NCBI GenBank assembly: GCA_963743305.1
Contig: CAVUPH010000011.1
Location: 1 to 47,438, forward strand
DNA from: an uncultured delta proteobacterium
Lineage (GTDB): Bacteria; Desulfobacterota; RBG-13-43-22
Length of the DNA stretch: 47,438 nt
Direction of reading: 5' to 3'
A program made the translations under genes and the position numbers. Of the stretch, positions 1 through 9,353 are shown one piece after another. The notes beneath the pieces were generated by a model. That model saw nothing but the letters and a program-made list of their open reading frames with translations, was not told where the DNA came from and did not search any database. The number at the start of each line of letters is the position of its first letter. Position 1 is the first letter of the stretch.

Positions 1-578
1 ATGTTATTCAAAGACGATCTCCGTCCGTATTCCGGCGCTGCGGGCATTGAGGATTCCACCGGGCGCAGGGATTTAAGGGACCGCACCGCCAGCGTCTGGT
101 ACAGGCGGATTCCCTCCAGTTTTCCGGCGATCTCCGCCTCGGTAAGGCTACGGAGGACTTTGGCGGGGACGCCGGCGACCAGTTTGTTGGCCGGGATTTC
201 CATGCCGGCCGGCACCAGGGCCCCGGCGGCGACCAGGGAGTTTTCGCCCACCACGGCCTTGTCCAGCACCACGGCGTTGATCCCCACCAGGGCGTTCTTT
301 CTTATGGCGCAGCCGCGAGTCACGGCCCCGTGTCCCAGGAGACCGCCGGTTTCGATGATGACCTCTTGGTCGGGGAAGGTATGGATCACGCAGGTATCCT
401 GGACGGTGGCCCCGGCCTCCAGTCGGATGCGCCCGAAGTCTCCCCGCAGGCAGGCGCAGGGACCGATATAGCAGCCCGGCCCGATGCGGACGTCGCCGAT
501 CAGCACCGCCTCGGGGTGGACGAAAGCGGTGGGGTCAACGGAGGGTGTTTTTCCCTCAATGGCGTATAGTTTAGCCAT
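1..578 (-). CDS. Gamma-carbonic anhydrase family hexapeptide-repeat protein (PaaY/CaiE-like); 3' end runs off the window
   Basis: Absent from the ORF track. Manual translation from ATG at 578 gives MAKLYAIEGKTPSVDPTAFVHPEAVLIGDVRIGPGCYIGPCACLRGDFGRI...LVAGVPAKVLR. Confidence 0.85.
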   Translation of the reverse strand, partial: MAKLYAIEGKTPSVDPTAFVHPEAVLIGDVRIGPGCYIGPCACLRGDFGRIRLEAGATVQDTCVIHTFPDQEVIIETGGLLGHGAVTRGCAIRKNALVGINAVVLDKAVVGENSLVAAGALVPAGMEIPANKLVAGVPAKVLRSLTEAEIAGKLEGIRLYQTLAVRSLKSLRPVESSMPAAPEYGRRSSLNN

Positions 579-583
579 AGGCC

Positions 584-933
584 CTAGCCCCAAAAGCAAT
601 GGTTTTCATCCTGGTCTACCAGGGAGAGGAATTCCTCGACGGAGCGGACTTCCGGGCAGGGCGCGTAGCCGTGCCATTTCATGTCGGCCCGCTCCCGGAA
701 AACCCGCCAATTTTTCGGAGTTTCGACAAAAGCTGGCCTTGGCCACCGGGCTTTCCGATATATTGGTTCGGATCATTCCAGACCGGGCGAATCTCGAAAT
801 AGTCGAGGCCTTGGCCTTCGAGTCGGAAACCCAAGTCCAGTTGTTTGCGCAGGTCGGCCGGCGGCCGACGTTTCTCCAGAAAGGCGTTGACTATTTTTTC
901 GATTCGCCGCTGTTCAAATTCGCTGAATTCCAT
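584..933 (-). pseudogene. DUF3024-family protein, frameshifted copy 1
   Basis: N-terminus MEFSEFEQRRIEKIVNAFLEKRRPP and C-terminus ..HCFWG* match the intact copies at 13390 and 19953. Span is 350 nt versus 348 nt. Confidence 0.75.
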
Positions 934-1017
934 TCGTTAAGCCTTTCATCCTCTATGGTTAGTGCGAGCTAACCATTATGGTCCGACGGCACGTTCACCC
1001 CGATCGGCGGCACTTAT

Positions 1018-1161
1018 GATGGTTTCGCAAAAAGTCCCCCGGGGCTGTCATTGCGAGGAGAGAAGCGACGAAGCAATCCCCAAGAATCAGCTAGTTGCCA
1101 TGGTGGGGATTGCTTCGCTTCGCTCGCAATGACAGGTATTTGGACTTTTTGCGAACGCAAG
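1018..1161. mobile_element. MITE / palindromic element, copy 1
   Basis: Ends GATGGTTTCGCAAAAAGTC ... GACTTTTTGCGAACGCAAG, internal hairpin GTCATTGCGAG...CTCGCAATGAC, flanked by 6-bp direct repeat ACTTAT (1012-1017 and 1162-1167). Confidence 0.8.
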
Positions 1162-1184
1162 ACTTATTAACGGTGTTAAAATAA

Positions 1185-1275
1185 TTAGGAACCATTTCGA
1201 CCTTCCCCGGGTACGCCCGACCGCGAACGGCTTAATCCTGGTCCGATATTATCGTGTCAAGTGACATCGGTCAAA
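1185..1275 (-). pseudogene. Degenerate higB-like 5' fragment with promoter/operator
   Basis: DNA similarity to 13840-13940; reads IKPFAVGRT; near-palindrome TGTCAAGTGACA. Confidence 0.45.
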
Positions 1276-1400
1276 CGGAAATCGACCAACTATAACGAAA
1301 TGGGCCACGCCCCCTGGACCGGCGAAGAAACCCGTCTTCCAATCTTGAAAAATCGGCCGGCATGATTAGTATTGAATACACAATAAAAGGAATGAGAGCC

Positions 1401-2101
1401 ATGCCCAAAGACACCCACTATCTCCCGACGTACTTTCCTGGCGGCAGCCGGCGGCACCATGGTCAGTATCGGCCTGCCGGGGACTTTTAGGAAACTCCTT
1501 GATCTTGAACAACAGGCGCTGGCGGAGCCAAACCAGGCCTGACGGCAGGCCGCGTATCCCCCCGGGTCAGGAGGCGATAAAAAAGATTTTGGATATGGGC
1601 GGTCAGCCGGGGACGGCCACAGTGGACAACTTTGCGCTCCACCTCGAAGGTGAGGTGGAAAACCCACTGGTTCTCTCCTATAAGGAGTTGCTCCCTGGCA
1701 TTGGAACAGGTTCAATTAACCTGCGACGTGCATTGCGTTACGGGCTGGACGCTTTTGGATTCCCATTGGACCGGGGTCCGCCTGAGTACCATCATGCGTC
1801 TGGCGAAACCGCGAAAAGAGGCTAATTTTGTTATCTTGGGGGCCGCCGCCGGTTATTCCGCCAACATCCCGATAATAGAGGCCCGCAAGGAAAATGTCAT
1901 CCTCGCCCATAGTTTCTTCGGCCGGAAGCTCCCGAAGGAGCACGGCGCCCCTATCCGGGCCTTGGTGCCCGACCGCTACTTTTACAAAAGCGCCAAGTGG
2001 CTGGAAGTAATTAAATTTACAGCAAAAGACGAGCCGGGATATTGGGAGCGTAATGGTTACAGCAATTCGGCCGACCCCGGAAGGAAGAGCGTTATAAGTA
2101 A
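1401..2101 (+). pseudogene. Tat-exported molybdopterin oxidoreductase (sulfite oxidase/MsrP-like), several frameshifts
   Basis: ISRRTFLAAAGG Tat motif; CDVHCVTGW, LPKEHGAPIRALVP, YFYKSAKW and GYWERNGY motifs spread over different frames. Confidence 0.8.
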
Positions 2102-2248
2102 CGACGACGGCGCGATTGGATGTGGTTCGGGGTCGACCGGTTACACCTACGTTCCATTTTTAGTTCGGCACCATCCATTCCCGGGGTAGTCGGAGAGGGG
2201 CCGGGGGAGGGCACAAATAGGGTTAATGAAGGAAGCGATGAGGCTTTT

Positions 2249-2321
2249 AAAGAGCTACACGCCCAACATTCCCAAATAGGTTTATCAAAATAGCCGTTCA
2301 TCTTATCCGGGTTCGAATCCG
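2249..2321. repeat. Remnant junction: PIN gene 3' tail plus NTF2-like gene 3' tail
   Basis: Nearly identical to ~17095-17166 and ~15582-15652 (AGCTACACGCCC..CCCAAATAGG..TCAAAATAGCCGTTCATCTTATCCGGGTTCGAATCCG). Confidence 0.8.
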
Positions 2322-2499
2322 ATTTGGTTTGCTCCAGGTCGACTCCTGCGCAAGTCTTTCCGGGGCAGGTGCCTTTCTTCCCCTCGCGAAAAAAAGTAAG
2401 CCAAATTTTGAATTGATGAAAAAATGGTATACTTTCGGTCACACTGGATGCCTTCTGAGCGTCAAAAGATATAAGAAACCAGAAAAGGAAGAATAAATA

Positions 2500-3140
2500 G
2501 AGGAGAAAGCGCCTTTACTACCTGGATGTACCGGGTGGCCGTCAACCATTTGTTGACCATTCGCAAGCGTCGGGCGGAACTTGAGGCGGTGTCTTTTGAA
2601 GAATACGAAAAAAGTCTTGAATTGGACTCGGCCGTAGACTGGAAAGAGTCTCATTCCGGCGCCTTACAGGATGTTTTTGTGGAGGAGATCAAGATCAGTT
2701 GCCGGCAAGGGTTGCTGCTTTGCCTGGATAGGGAACACCGTCTGGCCTTTCTCCTGGCGGATGTTTTCGATGTGAGCAGCGAGCAAGGGGCGGCCATCCT
2801 AGAGATTACCCCGATGGCCTTTCGAAAACGTCTTTCGAGAGCCCGGGAACGGCTACGGGAATTTCCGACGAAAAATTGCGCCCTAATGAATCCGGACAAT
2901 CCTTGTACCTGCGAACGTTATTTGATTTCGCAGCATTATATGGAGAAGGTCGAGGAGAAGGATTTGGTTTTTGCTAAACACCCCTGCCGTATCACGCCGG
3001 AAGGAGGGGCCGTGAATCGAATCAGGGAATTGGATGAACTGAGTCGAATGGCCACTCTCTATAAGCGGTACCCCGATCTTTCATCTCCCGAGCTCTTTTA
3101 TTGCCAATATCAGAGACTTGGTGCATTCAAGAAAATATGA
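2500..3140 (+). pseudogene. ECF sigma factor, 5'-truncated
   Basis: Region-2 end (WMYRVAVNHLL), region 4 (EQGAAILEITPMAFRKRLSRARERL) and Cys-rich tail CALMNPDNPCTC; N-terminus missing. Confidence 0.7.
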
Positions 3141-3285
3141 ATTACTCTAAGTCGCAAGATGTGTCCCCATTGTTTGGGTATCAAAAAAGATCCGAAGGAA
3201 GGCGGTGGGGCTGACGATCATCGCCTTAAACGTGCATTACCAAAATAAAACGAAAGATTCAAACCAAAGCGGAAAGGAGAGGAAC

Positions 3286-3516
3286 ATGGAGAAGATGATC
3301 GCTGTTTGTGGAATCAATTGCGCCAAATGCCCGGCCTTTTTGGCAACCCGTGAGAATGATGCCTACAAGAGGAAGGAAGTCGCCGAACAGTGGTCCAAAG
3401 ACTATCAGGCAGTGTTCAAGGCGGAGGATATCAATTGCGACGGTTGCACTTCCGGCCAAGAACGGCTTTTCAGCCATTGTCGGGTTTGTGAGATAAGGAA
3501 AGAGTTGTCATTATGA
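3286..3516 (+). pseudogene. DUF3795-type Cys-rich protein, C-terminally truncated
   Basis: MEKMIAVCGINCAKCPAF...CDGC...CRVCEIRK, then an abrupt end; RBS GGAGAGG upstream. Confidence 0.7.
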
Positions 3517-3543
3517 AACAGACCGCTCGAAAAACGATCGCCT

Positions 3544-4722
3544 TTGAATCCCTTCGGTTTTAGCCAGGCGCTGATAACTTCCGGACCGGCTTCTGATCGG
3601 GCCGAGAAGATGATGCTCTATGGACAATTCATCGGATCCTGGGATGGAACAGTCAGCATACAATGGTCGGACGGTCAACGTTTCGAGAACTCATGCGAAG
3701 TTCATTTTGCTTGGGCACTGGCCGGGCGTGCGATCCAAGACGTTTGGATCGCGCCATCCCGCAAAACGAGGGACTGCTGGATCGGAAGACGGAATGTTAG
3801 GAAATTGACTTCATTCTGTCTTTTCGAGACGCCGGTTGGCCCTTGCGGGATCGCCTGGAAGGAGACGGCGTCCTCTCTTTCTTCACCGGTGGTGACCTTC
3901 ATCCAGCTTCCCGAAGCCACCAGGGGTTTGACCGAAAAACGTATTGCTGGCAGGTCCGGGGGCCACAAGGCGCGCGTAATACCGGCCGGCATTGCCGGGA
4001 TCATTGAAAAAATTCAGAAGCATTTGCAGGGGGACCTGCAGGATTTTCAGGACATCGGCCTTGACCTCGATGGCGCGGGGCCTTTTGCCCGACAGGTATA
4101 TGAAGGTGCCCGGAAAATCCCGGCAGGCCGGACCATGACCTACGGGGCGCTGGCGACGAAGATCAACCGGCCTTCGGCTTCACGGGCCGTAGGACAGGCC
4201 CTGGGAAAGAATCCGATCCCGCTGATCATTCCCTGCCATCGCCTTCTGGCTTCCGGCAACAAGCCGGGAGGATTTTCCGTTCACGGCGGAGTGACGGTCA
4301 AAACCAGGCTGCTGGCCATTGAGGGAGTTAGGCTGGGGACACCGCCCACTCTCAAATCGAAGAGAGACTTGCTGCGCGCGGCCGCCCTACTGAAAAAACA
4401 AGATCCGCGTCTTGCCGGCTGCCTGACGAGGCCGATTGAGTTCCATTTGCGGCCTGATCATTCTCCCTGCGCCACACTGATCGAGGCCGTGGTCCATCAA
4501 CAACTGTCCCCCAAGGCGGCTTCGACGATCCTCGGAAGGGTAATGGATCTTTTCCCGGGTTCGAAAATTCCGGATCCCGCCGAGTTGCTGAAGACAGAGG
4601 ATGAACCCTTGAGGAAAGCGGGTTTATCTATGGCGAAAATTAAAGCCTTAAAAGATATTGCCAGAAAGACCCTGGATGGGACCGTACCTTCCTCTGAAGA
4701 GATCGTTTCCCTTTATAGATAG
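3544..4722 (+). CDS. Chimeric ORF: unrelated N-terminal fragment + O6-methylguanine methyltransferase (Ogt) + truncated AlkA-type glycosylase
   Basis: ETPVGPCGIAW, IPAGRTMTYG..SRAVGQALGKNPIPLIIPCHR (Ogt active site), then LIEAVVHQQLSPKAA..LRKAGLS (HhH-GPD N-terminal half); ends at an IS66-like end. Confidence 0.75.
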   Translation: MNPFGFSQALITSGPASDRAEKMMLYGQFIGSWDGTVSIQWSDGQRFENSCEVHFAWALAGRAIQDVWIAPSRKTRDCWIGRRNVRKLTSFCLFETPVGPCGIAWKETASSLSSPVVTFIQLPEATRGLTEKRIAGRSGGHKARVIPAGIAGIIEKIQKHLQGDLQDFQDIGLDLDGAGPFARQVYEGARKIPAGRTMTYGALATKINRPSASRAVGQALGKNPIPLIIPCHRLLASGNKPGGFSVHGGVTVKTRLLAIEGVRLGTPPTLKSKRDLLRAAALLKKQDPRLAGCLTRPIEFHLRPDHSPCATLIEAVVHQQLSPKAASTILGRVMDLFPGSKIPDPAELLKTEDEPLRKAGLSMAKIKALKDIARKTLDGTVPSSEEIVSLYR

Positions 4723-4737
4723 GGACTAAACTGCTAC
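4719..4737. mobile_element. Isolated IS66-like terminal repeat
   Basis: ATAGGGACTAAACTGCTAC is 18/19 identical to the IS66 remnant end at 21118-21136. Confidence 0.6.
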
Positions 4738-4744
4738 TGGAAAC

Positions 4745-6316
4745 CTACTTCAATAGGAGCGGGAGGTAGACAAGAATATCCGTCGGCATGACGCTCACAG
4801 TGTCGGTCATCAGCGGTGTCGTATCCGCCAGGGCGCTGAGGGTGACGGTGTACGGGGTGTAGTTCGTCAAGCCGCTTAGGGAGTAGGTCCGCGTGGGATA
4901 GCCGAGGCCGGTGACGGGGGACGCCTGGACCCCCGACGGGCCATCGTAGGCAATCTGCCAGGTGCTGGTTGGGGGCAAGTCGCCATATATCTTCCAATCC
5001 AGGTGGATGGCCCTATCGGCCGCCCGGCCCTGCAAGTAGAGCCTTTTGCCGACGGAAAATATATGTTCATACGTTTGGCCGTTAAAAATCGCTTGAAATT
5101 TCCAAAGGCCTGACGGAACGCCGGCTTCGAGCGTGTAAGAATGCCACGAATAAGAGGACGAGGAGTGACTGCTGGACGGAGTATAGCTCCAACTTCGGTA
5201 GACAGTCCCATCGGGTTGATAAACCGTAAAGAGACTTTGCTGGCTGGAGAGTAGATCCCGATAATAGGTGGTGAAATAAACGGTTTCGCCCGGGTTGAAT
5301 TGATCCTTGCTGTTGCTCGTTTCCGGGTTCGGGCAGGATGGAAAAACAGGAGGGGCGTCGCCGGTCGTCAGGCTATTGACGGCGGAATCGTAGTAGGGTC
5401 TCTGCGCCAGCCACCAGGAACCGATGTTGTTGCACGGCCCCGCGTACGGGTCTATCACCTGGCCGCCGGCATCATGCACTTCAAAATGCAAATGAGGTCC
5501 CGTGGAACCGCCGGAACTGCCCACCACCCCTAGATACTCGCCTCTATTGACGGCCGCGCCGACCGGTTTTGAGGTGACCGAGCCTTTTTTCAGATGAACA
5601 TACCAGGCCACCGATCCATCCGCATGCTGAATATAGACGCCATTCCAGGGATCGCTGTTCGCCGTGCAGTTCCGGTCAAAATTCCCATCGTGTTTGAGGA
5701 GGAGGGTGCCCGGTGCGGCCGCAATGACTTCGACTTGGTCCTGGTCCATTTTGTTCCATTTAAAGGGCCAGAGGAATATATCGGTCCCTTGGTGGTTATA
5801 CCCGCTCAGGTCGTAGGTCCTCGTTCCGCAAAACCAGTCTTGCAGTTGGTTGGGGTTGGCGGCATTGTGATCGACAAAGGCGCCCACCCCATGGTACCCG
5901 TAGTCCGTTAAGCCCTTGGCCGCTTGCAGCGGCCAAGAGAAAGACGTGGCGGGTGCCGCCAGGCCCCTTGGGCTTTGCTTCCCCAACCGTTGGATATTAC
6001 CCTCAATCTCCCCTTGGATGGCTTGTCGTTGCCAGTCGGTGATATCCGGGACATTGGGCGGGTTGTATTCTCCCTGGCCCGAATCCGCGGGAGCGATTTC
6101 GGAGGGGAAATCAGGCACGGGTGAAGCCGTTACCGGCTGATGCAGCGGTTGAGCCTCAAGGGGCGGCAAGATTGCGGTTGAGGAAATACTGATTAAACCG
6201 GATGGAGAAATATTCTGCGCCTGGGCCTGCTTGACTGACGCCGATTCCCGAGATATCGGCAGCCCACCCATCAGAATTCCTATCATCAAAACTATCTTTA
6301 GTTTGGAGAAAGCCAT
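4745..6316 (-). CDS. Exported M23 family metallopeptidase with FN3-like domain and C-terminal VYLPLLLK motif
   Basis: Signal peptide; HQGTD (HxxxD), GSSGGSTGPHLHFEV (HxH); YSLSGLTNYTPYTVTL FN3 signature. Confidence 0.85.
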   Translation of the reverse strand: MAFSKLKIVLMIGILMGGLPISRESASVKQAQAQNISPSGLISISSTAILPPLEAQPLHQPVTASPVPDFPSEIAPADSGQGEYNPPNVPDITDWQRQAIQGEIEGNIQRLGKQSPRGLAAPATSFSWPLQAAKGLTDYGYHGVGAFVDHNAANPNQLQDWFCGTRTYDLSGYNHQGTDIFLWPFKWNKMDQDQVEVIAAAPGTLLLKHDGNFDRNCTANSDPWNGVYIQHADGSVAWYVHLKKGSVTSKPVGAAVNRGEYLGVVGSSGGSTGPHLHFEVHDAGGQVIDPYAGPCNNIGSWWLAQRPYYDSAVNSLTTGDAPPVFPSCPNPETSNSKDQFNPGETVYFTTYYRDLLSSQQSLFTVYQPDGTVYRSWSYTPSSSHSSSSYSWHSYTLEAGVPSGLWKFQAIFNGQTYEHIFSVGKRLYLQGRAADRAIHLDWKIYGDLPPTSTWQIAYDGPSGVQASPVTGLGYPTRTYSLSGLTNYTPYTVTLSALADTTPLMTDTVSVMPTDILVYLPLLLK

Positions 6317-6342
6317 ACGGGTTGAATAAAAGAAACCCGGCG

Positions 6343-7170
6343 CTAGAAACGGCCCCGAACGCCACGGTGATCCATTCCCTGGCCGATCACAGGTCCCGGC
6401 GGGAACTGGGCGGCCCCTGGGAGGGTGCCATTCTCGAAGTGAGGGATGCCGTTGTCGATGAGGCTGTTCCCGTAACTGTCCGTGACCCGAAAACTATAGG
6501 GTCCTGGTCCCAGGCCGGGGTTAGTCTGGACGAAGTAGTTGTAGTCCGTCCGCGGAACAACCGCCCAGGGACCGTCACCCAGGCGGTACTCCAGCTTAGC
6601 TACCGGATTGCGATGGTTGCGTATCTGCACGGCCGTCCACCAGGGGTTGCTGCCGTCTTTGAAGTGATAGCCAATGGGACCGGACAGGGCCGGGCTGACC
6701 ACCTGCCAGGTAATCGCTACCACACCCTCCGGAAGGTCGCCTATCCGGCTGAAGGCCTCCCGGCTCAGATCGAGGTGGCCGGCCTGACACTCCGGACAGA
6801 GGTCGACGATGCGGACGGTGACGGCGCCATGGGGTCCGTTGACCGCCAGATAAGCGCCGCAGACCCCCGCCTGGCCATATTCCTCGGCGTTCATGGCCGC
6901 AACCATCAGGTCATCCGGAGACGGATCAAACATACAGGCGCCCTCCCCGGTGGCCTGGTAATACGTGGCGATACCCTGATGAATCGGATTGGGCGCGGTC
7001 CGGCTAGAAATCACCATCGGCAGCCAGACCTGGTAGCCCGGTTCGGCCTGCCCGTAGGCGGGCCGGATCCCGGGCCCTATCGCCAATGCCAGCAGCAGAA
7101 TAACTCCGGGGGCTGTCCACCAGGGCGAGGTGCGTTTTATCCCCGGGATCAGGAAGTGGCAGTTATCCAT
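6343..7170 (-). CDS. Bacterial expansin (EXLX1-like) with N-terminal VWLPMVIS motif
   Basis: Signal peptide; GIATYY..GACMF, CGAYL, IVDLCPEC..HLDLS..AF (DPBB domain) and FKDGSNPWWTAVQIRNHR..RTDYNYF (CBM63-like). Confidence 0.85.
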   Translation of the reverse strand: MDNCHFLIPGIKRTSPWWTAPGVILLLALAIGPGIRPAYGQAEPGYQVWLPMVISSRTAPNPIHQGIATYYQATGEGACMFDPSPDDLMVAAMNAEEYGQAGVCGAYLAVNGPHGAVTVRIVDLCPECQAGHLDLSREAFSRIGDLPEGVVAITWQVVSPALSGPIGYHFKDGSNPWWTAVQIRNHRNPVAKLEYRLGDGPWAVVPRTDYNYFVQTNPGLGPGPYSFRVTDSYGNSLIDNGIPHFENGTLPGAAQFPPGPVIGQGMDHRGVRGRF

Positions 7171-7194
7171 TCACCCTCAGGCCAAATTTAACAC

Positions 7195-9000
7195 CTACTC
7201 CAGCGGTGATCCATAGTTGGCGATGATCGCCTGCATGGCGGGGGTCAATTGTTTCACCAACTCGGCATTGTAAGCCTGGGAAGCAGTACTCGAGAGGGGG
7301 TAGGTACCAAAGACGCGGCCGGCGCCGATGGCATAGCCCCTCGATTTCTCCGCGGGCGACCCGGCGACCACCGCGGGATCCACATTGGTAATGATGATGG
7401 AAAGGGTATGGTCACTGTTGCGGCGGATGTCGAAGGTCCGGAACTCCTGGGGGAAATCACGGAGCGAGGACGTCTCGACCTCCCAGAAGCTGTTTTCCGG
7501 GCCCTGACCTACTATCGTCGCGTCATACGGTTGGGCGCTAACGGTGTTCAGGTGACGATGTCCCGAAATCCAGAGGATGAGATTCGGATAGTTGTGGAGG
7601 ATGGCGATTAGCGATGGATCCGCCGGGGTGTTAAAGACACGCATGCGTGTTCCGTTGTCGATAAGGTACGTTTGCGGGTTGACCGGGATATGGGCCGCGA
7701 TAATCATGAGCTGGTTTTCGTCCTGCCCCTGTTGGAGTTCGCCTTTGAGCCAGTCGATCCGGGTCTGGTCGAGACAGCCGGCGGCATAATTGGGCTGGTT
7801 CTCTCCCTTGCACGTATCATCGAGGGCGATAACTTTGATCGGTAATCCCGACTTCGGCTGGAAGCTATACGAGGTAAAGTCGTTATCCACGTTGGTCTGG
7901 CTGAAACCGTGACCGACCGGGTTCGACGTCGTTGTAAAAAATTCGCGCATCCAATTCTGGCTGGAGGAAGCGGCGGTCGCTAGTGAATGGCGATTGGCGT
8001 CGGCAATGACCGTCGGCGGGTTGGGAAAGTCAGCCTCCGGCCCTGATTTGATGATATCCCCATAGAGTGTGGAGCCGTCGACCACGCCCATATAATAACC
8101 GGTCTCAGTGATGGCCACATTAATATTGGGATCAATTCCCTGGTCGAGGACGGTATTCCCCACATGAGCCTGTAGGAACTTTGGGTTCTCATAGGCCGAA
8201 CCCATCCAGAACTGATCGTGGTTGCCGATGACCTGATACCAGGGGATCGCTTTATCGAGCCCGAAGGCCTGGAAAGGTTTCTGATAATCGATAGCGTCGG
8301 CTCCGACATGAGCGCCGGAGCTGGGGGTAATGAGCTTACCGTCCAGGACATCGATATACCAGCGCAGCTCGTTATACTGGGTGTTGTTGATCGCATCACC
8401 CAGGGCAATGCCTAAATCGAAAGGCGTTTTTTTATGTAAGGCATTAATCGTCTGGACGGCGGCATCCAGGACTTGGGTCGTCGAATTAACGACCGGCGAC
8501 CAGGCTGACGAATTGCCGGTACCAAAGGGTGCCTTCCAGGCGGGGTAGTTCACCTGAGCCGGAGATTCTTTGTCGGCAATATGTATGTCGGACATGGTAA
8601 AGAAGGACAAAAGTCGAGCCGTATTGGGTGCGTTCGCATAGCCGGGCGCCAGTTCGGTCCGCTTTACGTGCGTTAGGCCGTCCCCCGCGTACCAGGCGCT
8701 GTAACCGTATTGGGCGTAAAGCGGCACTTCTGCCGGGGGAATCTGCGGCGTGTCGGTAGATAGTCCCAGGGGGTGGATTTGCTGTTCCGCTGTGGTGAAA
8801 ACCTCGGTGGCGATCGGCCAGGAGAAAGCCCAAGGGCTAAGTACCAGAGGAAGATAGATTTTCATTGATAAACCCAAGGGGGGTTGGGCCTGGGCCGAGT
8901 TAATTCCCAGGGGGGTAAACGGTAGCCAGAGACCGGACAAAAACAAGCATAGGACCGAGAAAGAAAGTTTAATAAACGGTTTACGAAATTTGTTGACCAT
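7195..9000 (-). CDS. Exported metallophosphoesterase (TIGR03768/RPA4764-like), Sec signal followed by IYLPLVLS
   Basis: SDIHIADKESP, LGDAINN, GNHD, AAHIP, GHRH and FWEVETSSLRDFPQ motifs. Confidence 0.85.
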   Translation of the reverse strand: MVNKFRKPFIKLSFSVLCLFLSGLWLPFTPLGINSAQAQPPLGLSMKIYLPLVLSPWAFSWPIATEVFTTAEQQIHPLGLSTDTPQIPPAEVPLYAQYGYSAWYAGDGLTHVKRTELAPGYANAPNTARLLSFFTMSDIHIADKESPAQVNYPAWKAPFGTGNSSAWSPVVNSTTQVLDAAVQTINALHKKTPFDLGIALGDAINNTQYNELRWYIDVLDGKLITPSSGAHVGADAIDYQKPFQAFGLDKAIPWYQVIGNHDQFWMGSAYENPKFLQAHVGNTVLDQGIDPNINVAITETGYYMGVVDGSTLYGDIIKSGPEADFPNPPTVIADANRHSLATAASSSQNWMREFFTTTSNPVGHGFSQTNVDNDFTSYSFQPKSGLPIKVIALDDTCKGENQPNYAAGCLDQTRIDWLKGELQQGQDENQLMIIAAHIPVNPQTYLIDNGTRMRVFNTPADPSLIAILHNYPNLILWISGHRHLNTVSAQPYDATIVGQGPENSFWEVETSSLRDFPQEFRTFDIRRNSDHTLSIIITNVDPAVVAGSPAEKSRGYAIGAGRVFGTYPLSSTASQAYNAELVKQLTPAMQAIIANYGSPLE

Positions 9001-9353
9001 GACTGAAACTCCTTTGACCGACTCGCTAGGATTCGGTGGTTTGATTTAATCTCTATCTATATCGACAGATCCTCGGAAAACATTAGGGGAATTAGGAGTG
9101 GACAGGAAGACCGATCGCTATAGCTTAGGTGAAACGGTCAACGGATTGACGCCTGCCCCTCGAATTGACGCTTCTTCTGCGACCATCCGGCCTTCTCTAA
9201 AAACTAGTTAAAAGATAACAAAAACTTAAGGCACAGGGACACAGTTCATGAATTGGCCGATAATTTGCATTAAATTTGAACACATTAGAGCTAGATTAAT
9301 TTTCCTGAGCGATGGCAGTTTACCATAAATGCTAAGGAGACCCAAGGAGACCA

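Noticed and set aside
1-471. Long alternative ORFs (1-471 +, 6322-7191 +, 11762-12643 +, 40549-41406 - and similar)
   Set aside because: Antisense shadows of recognisable genes in GC-rich DNA.
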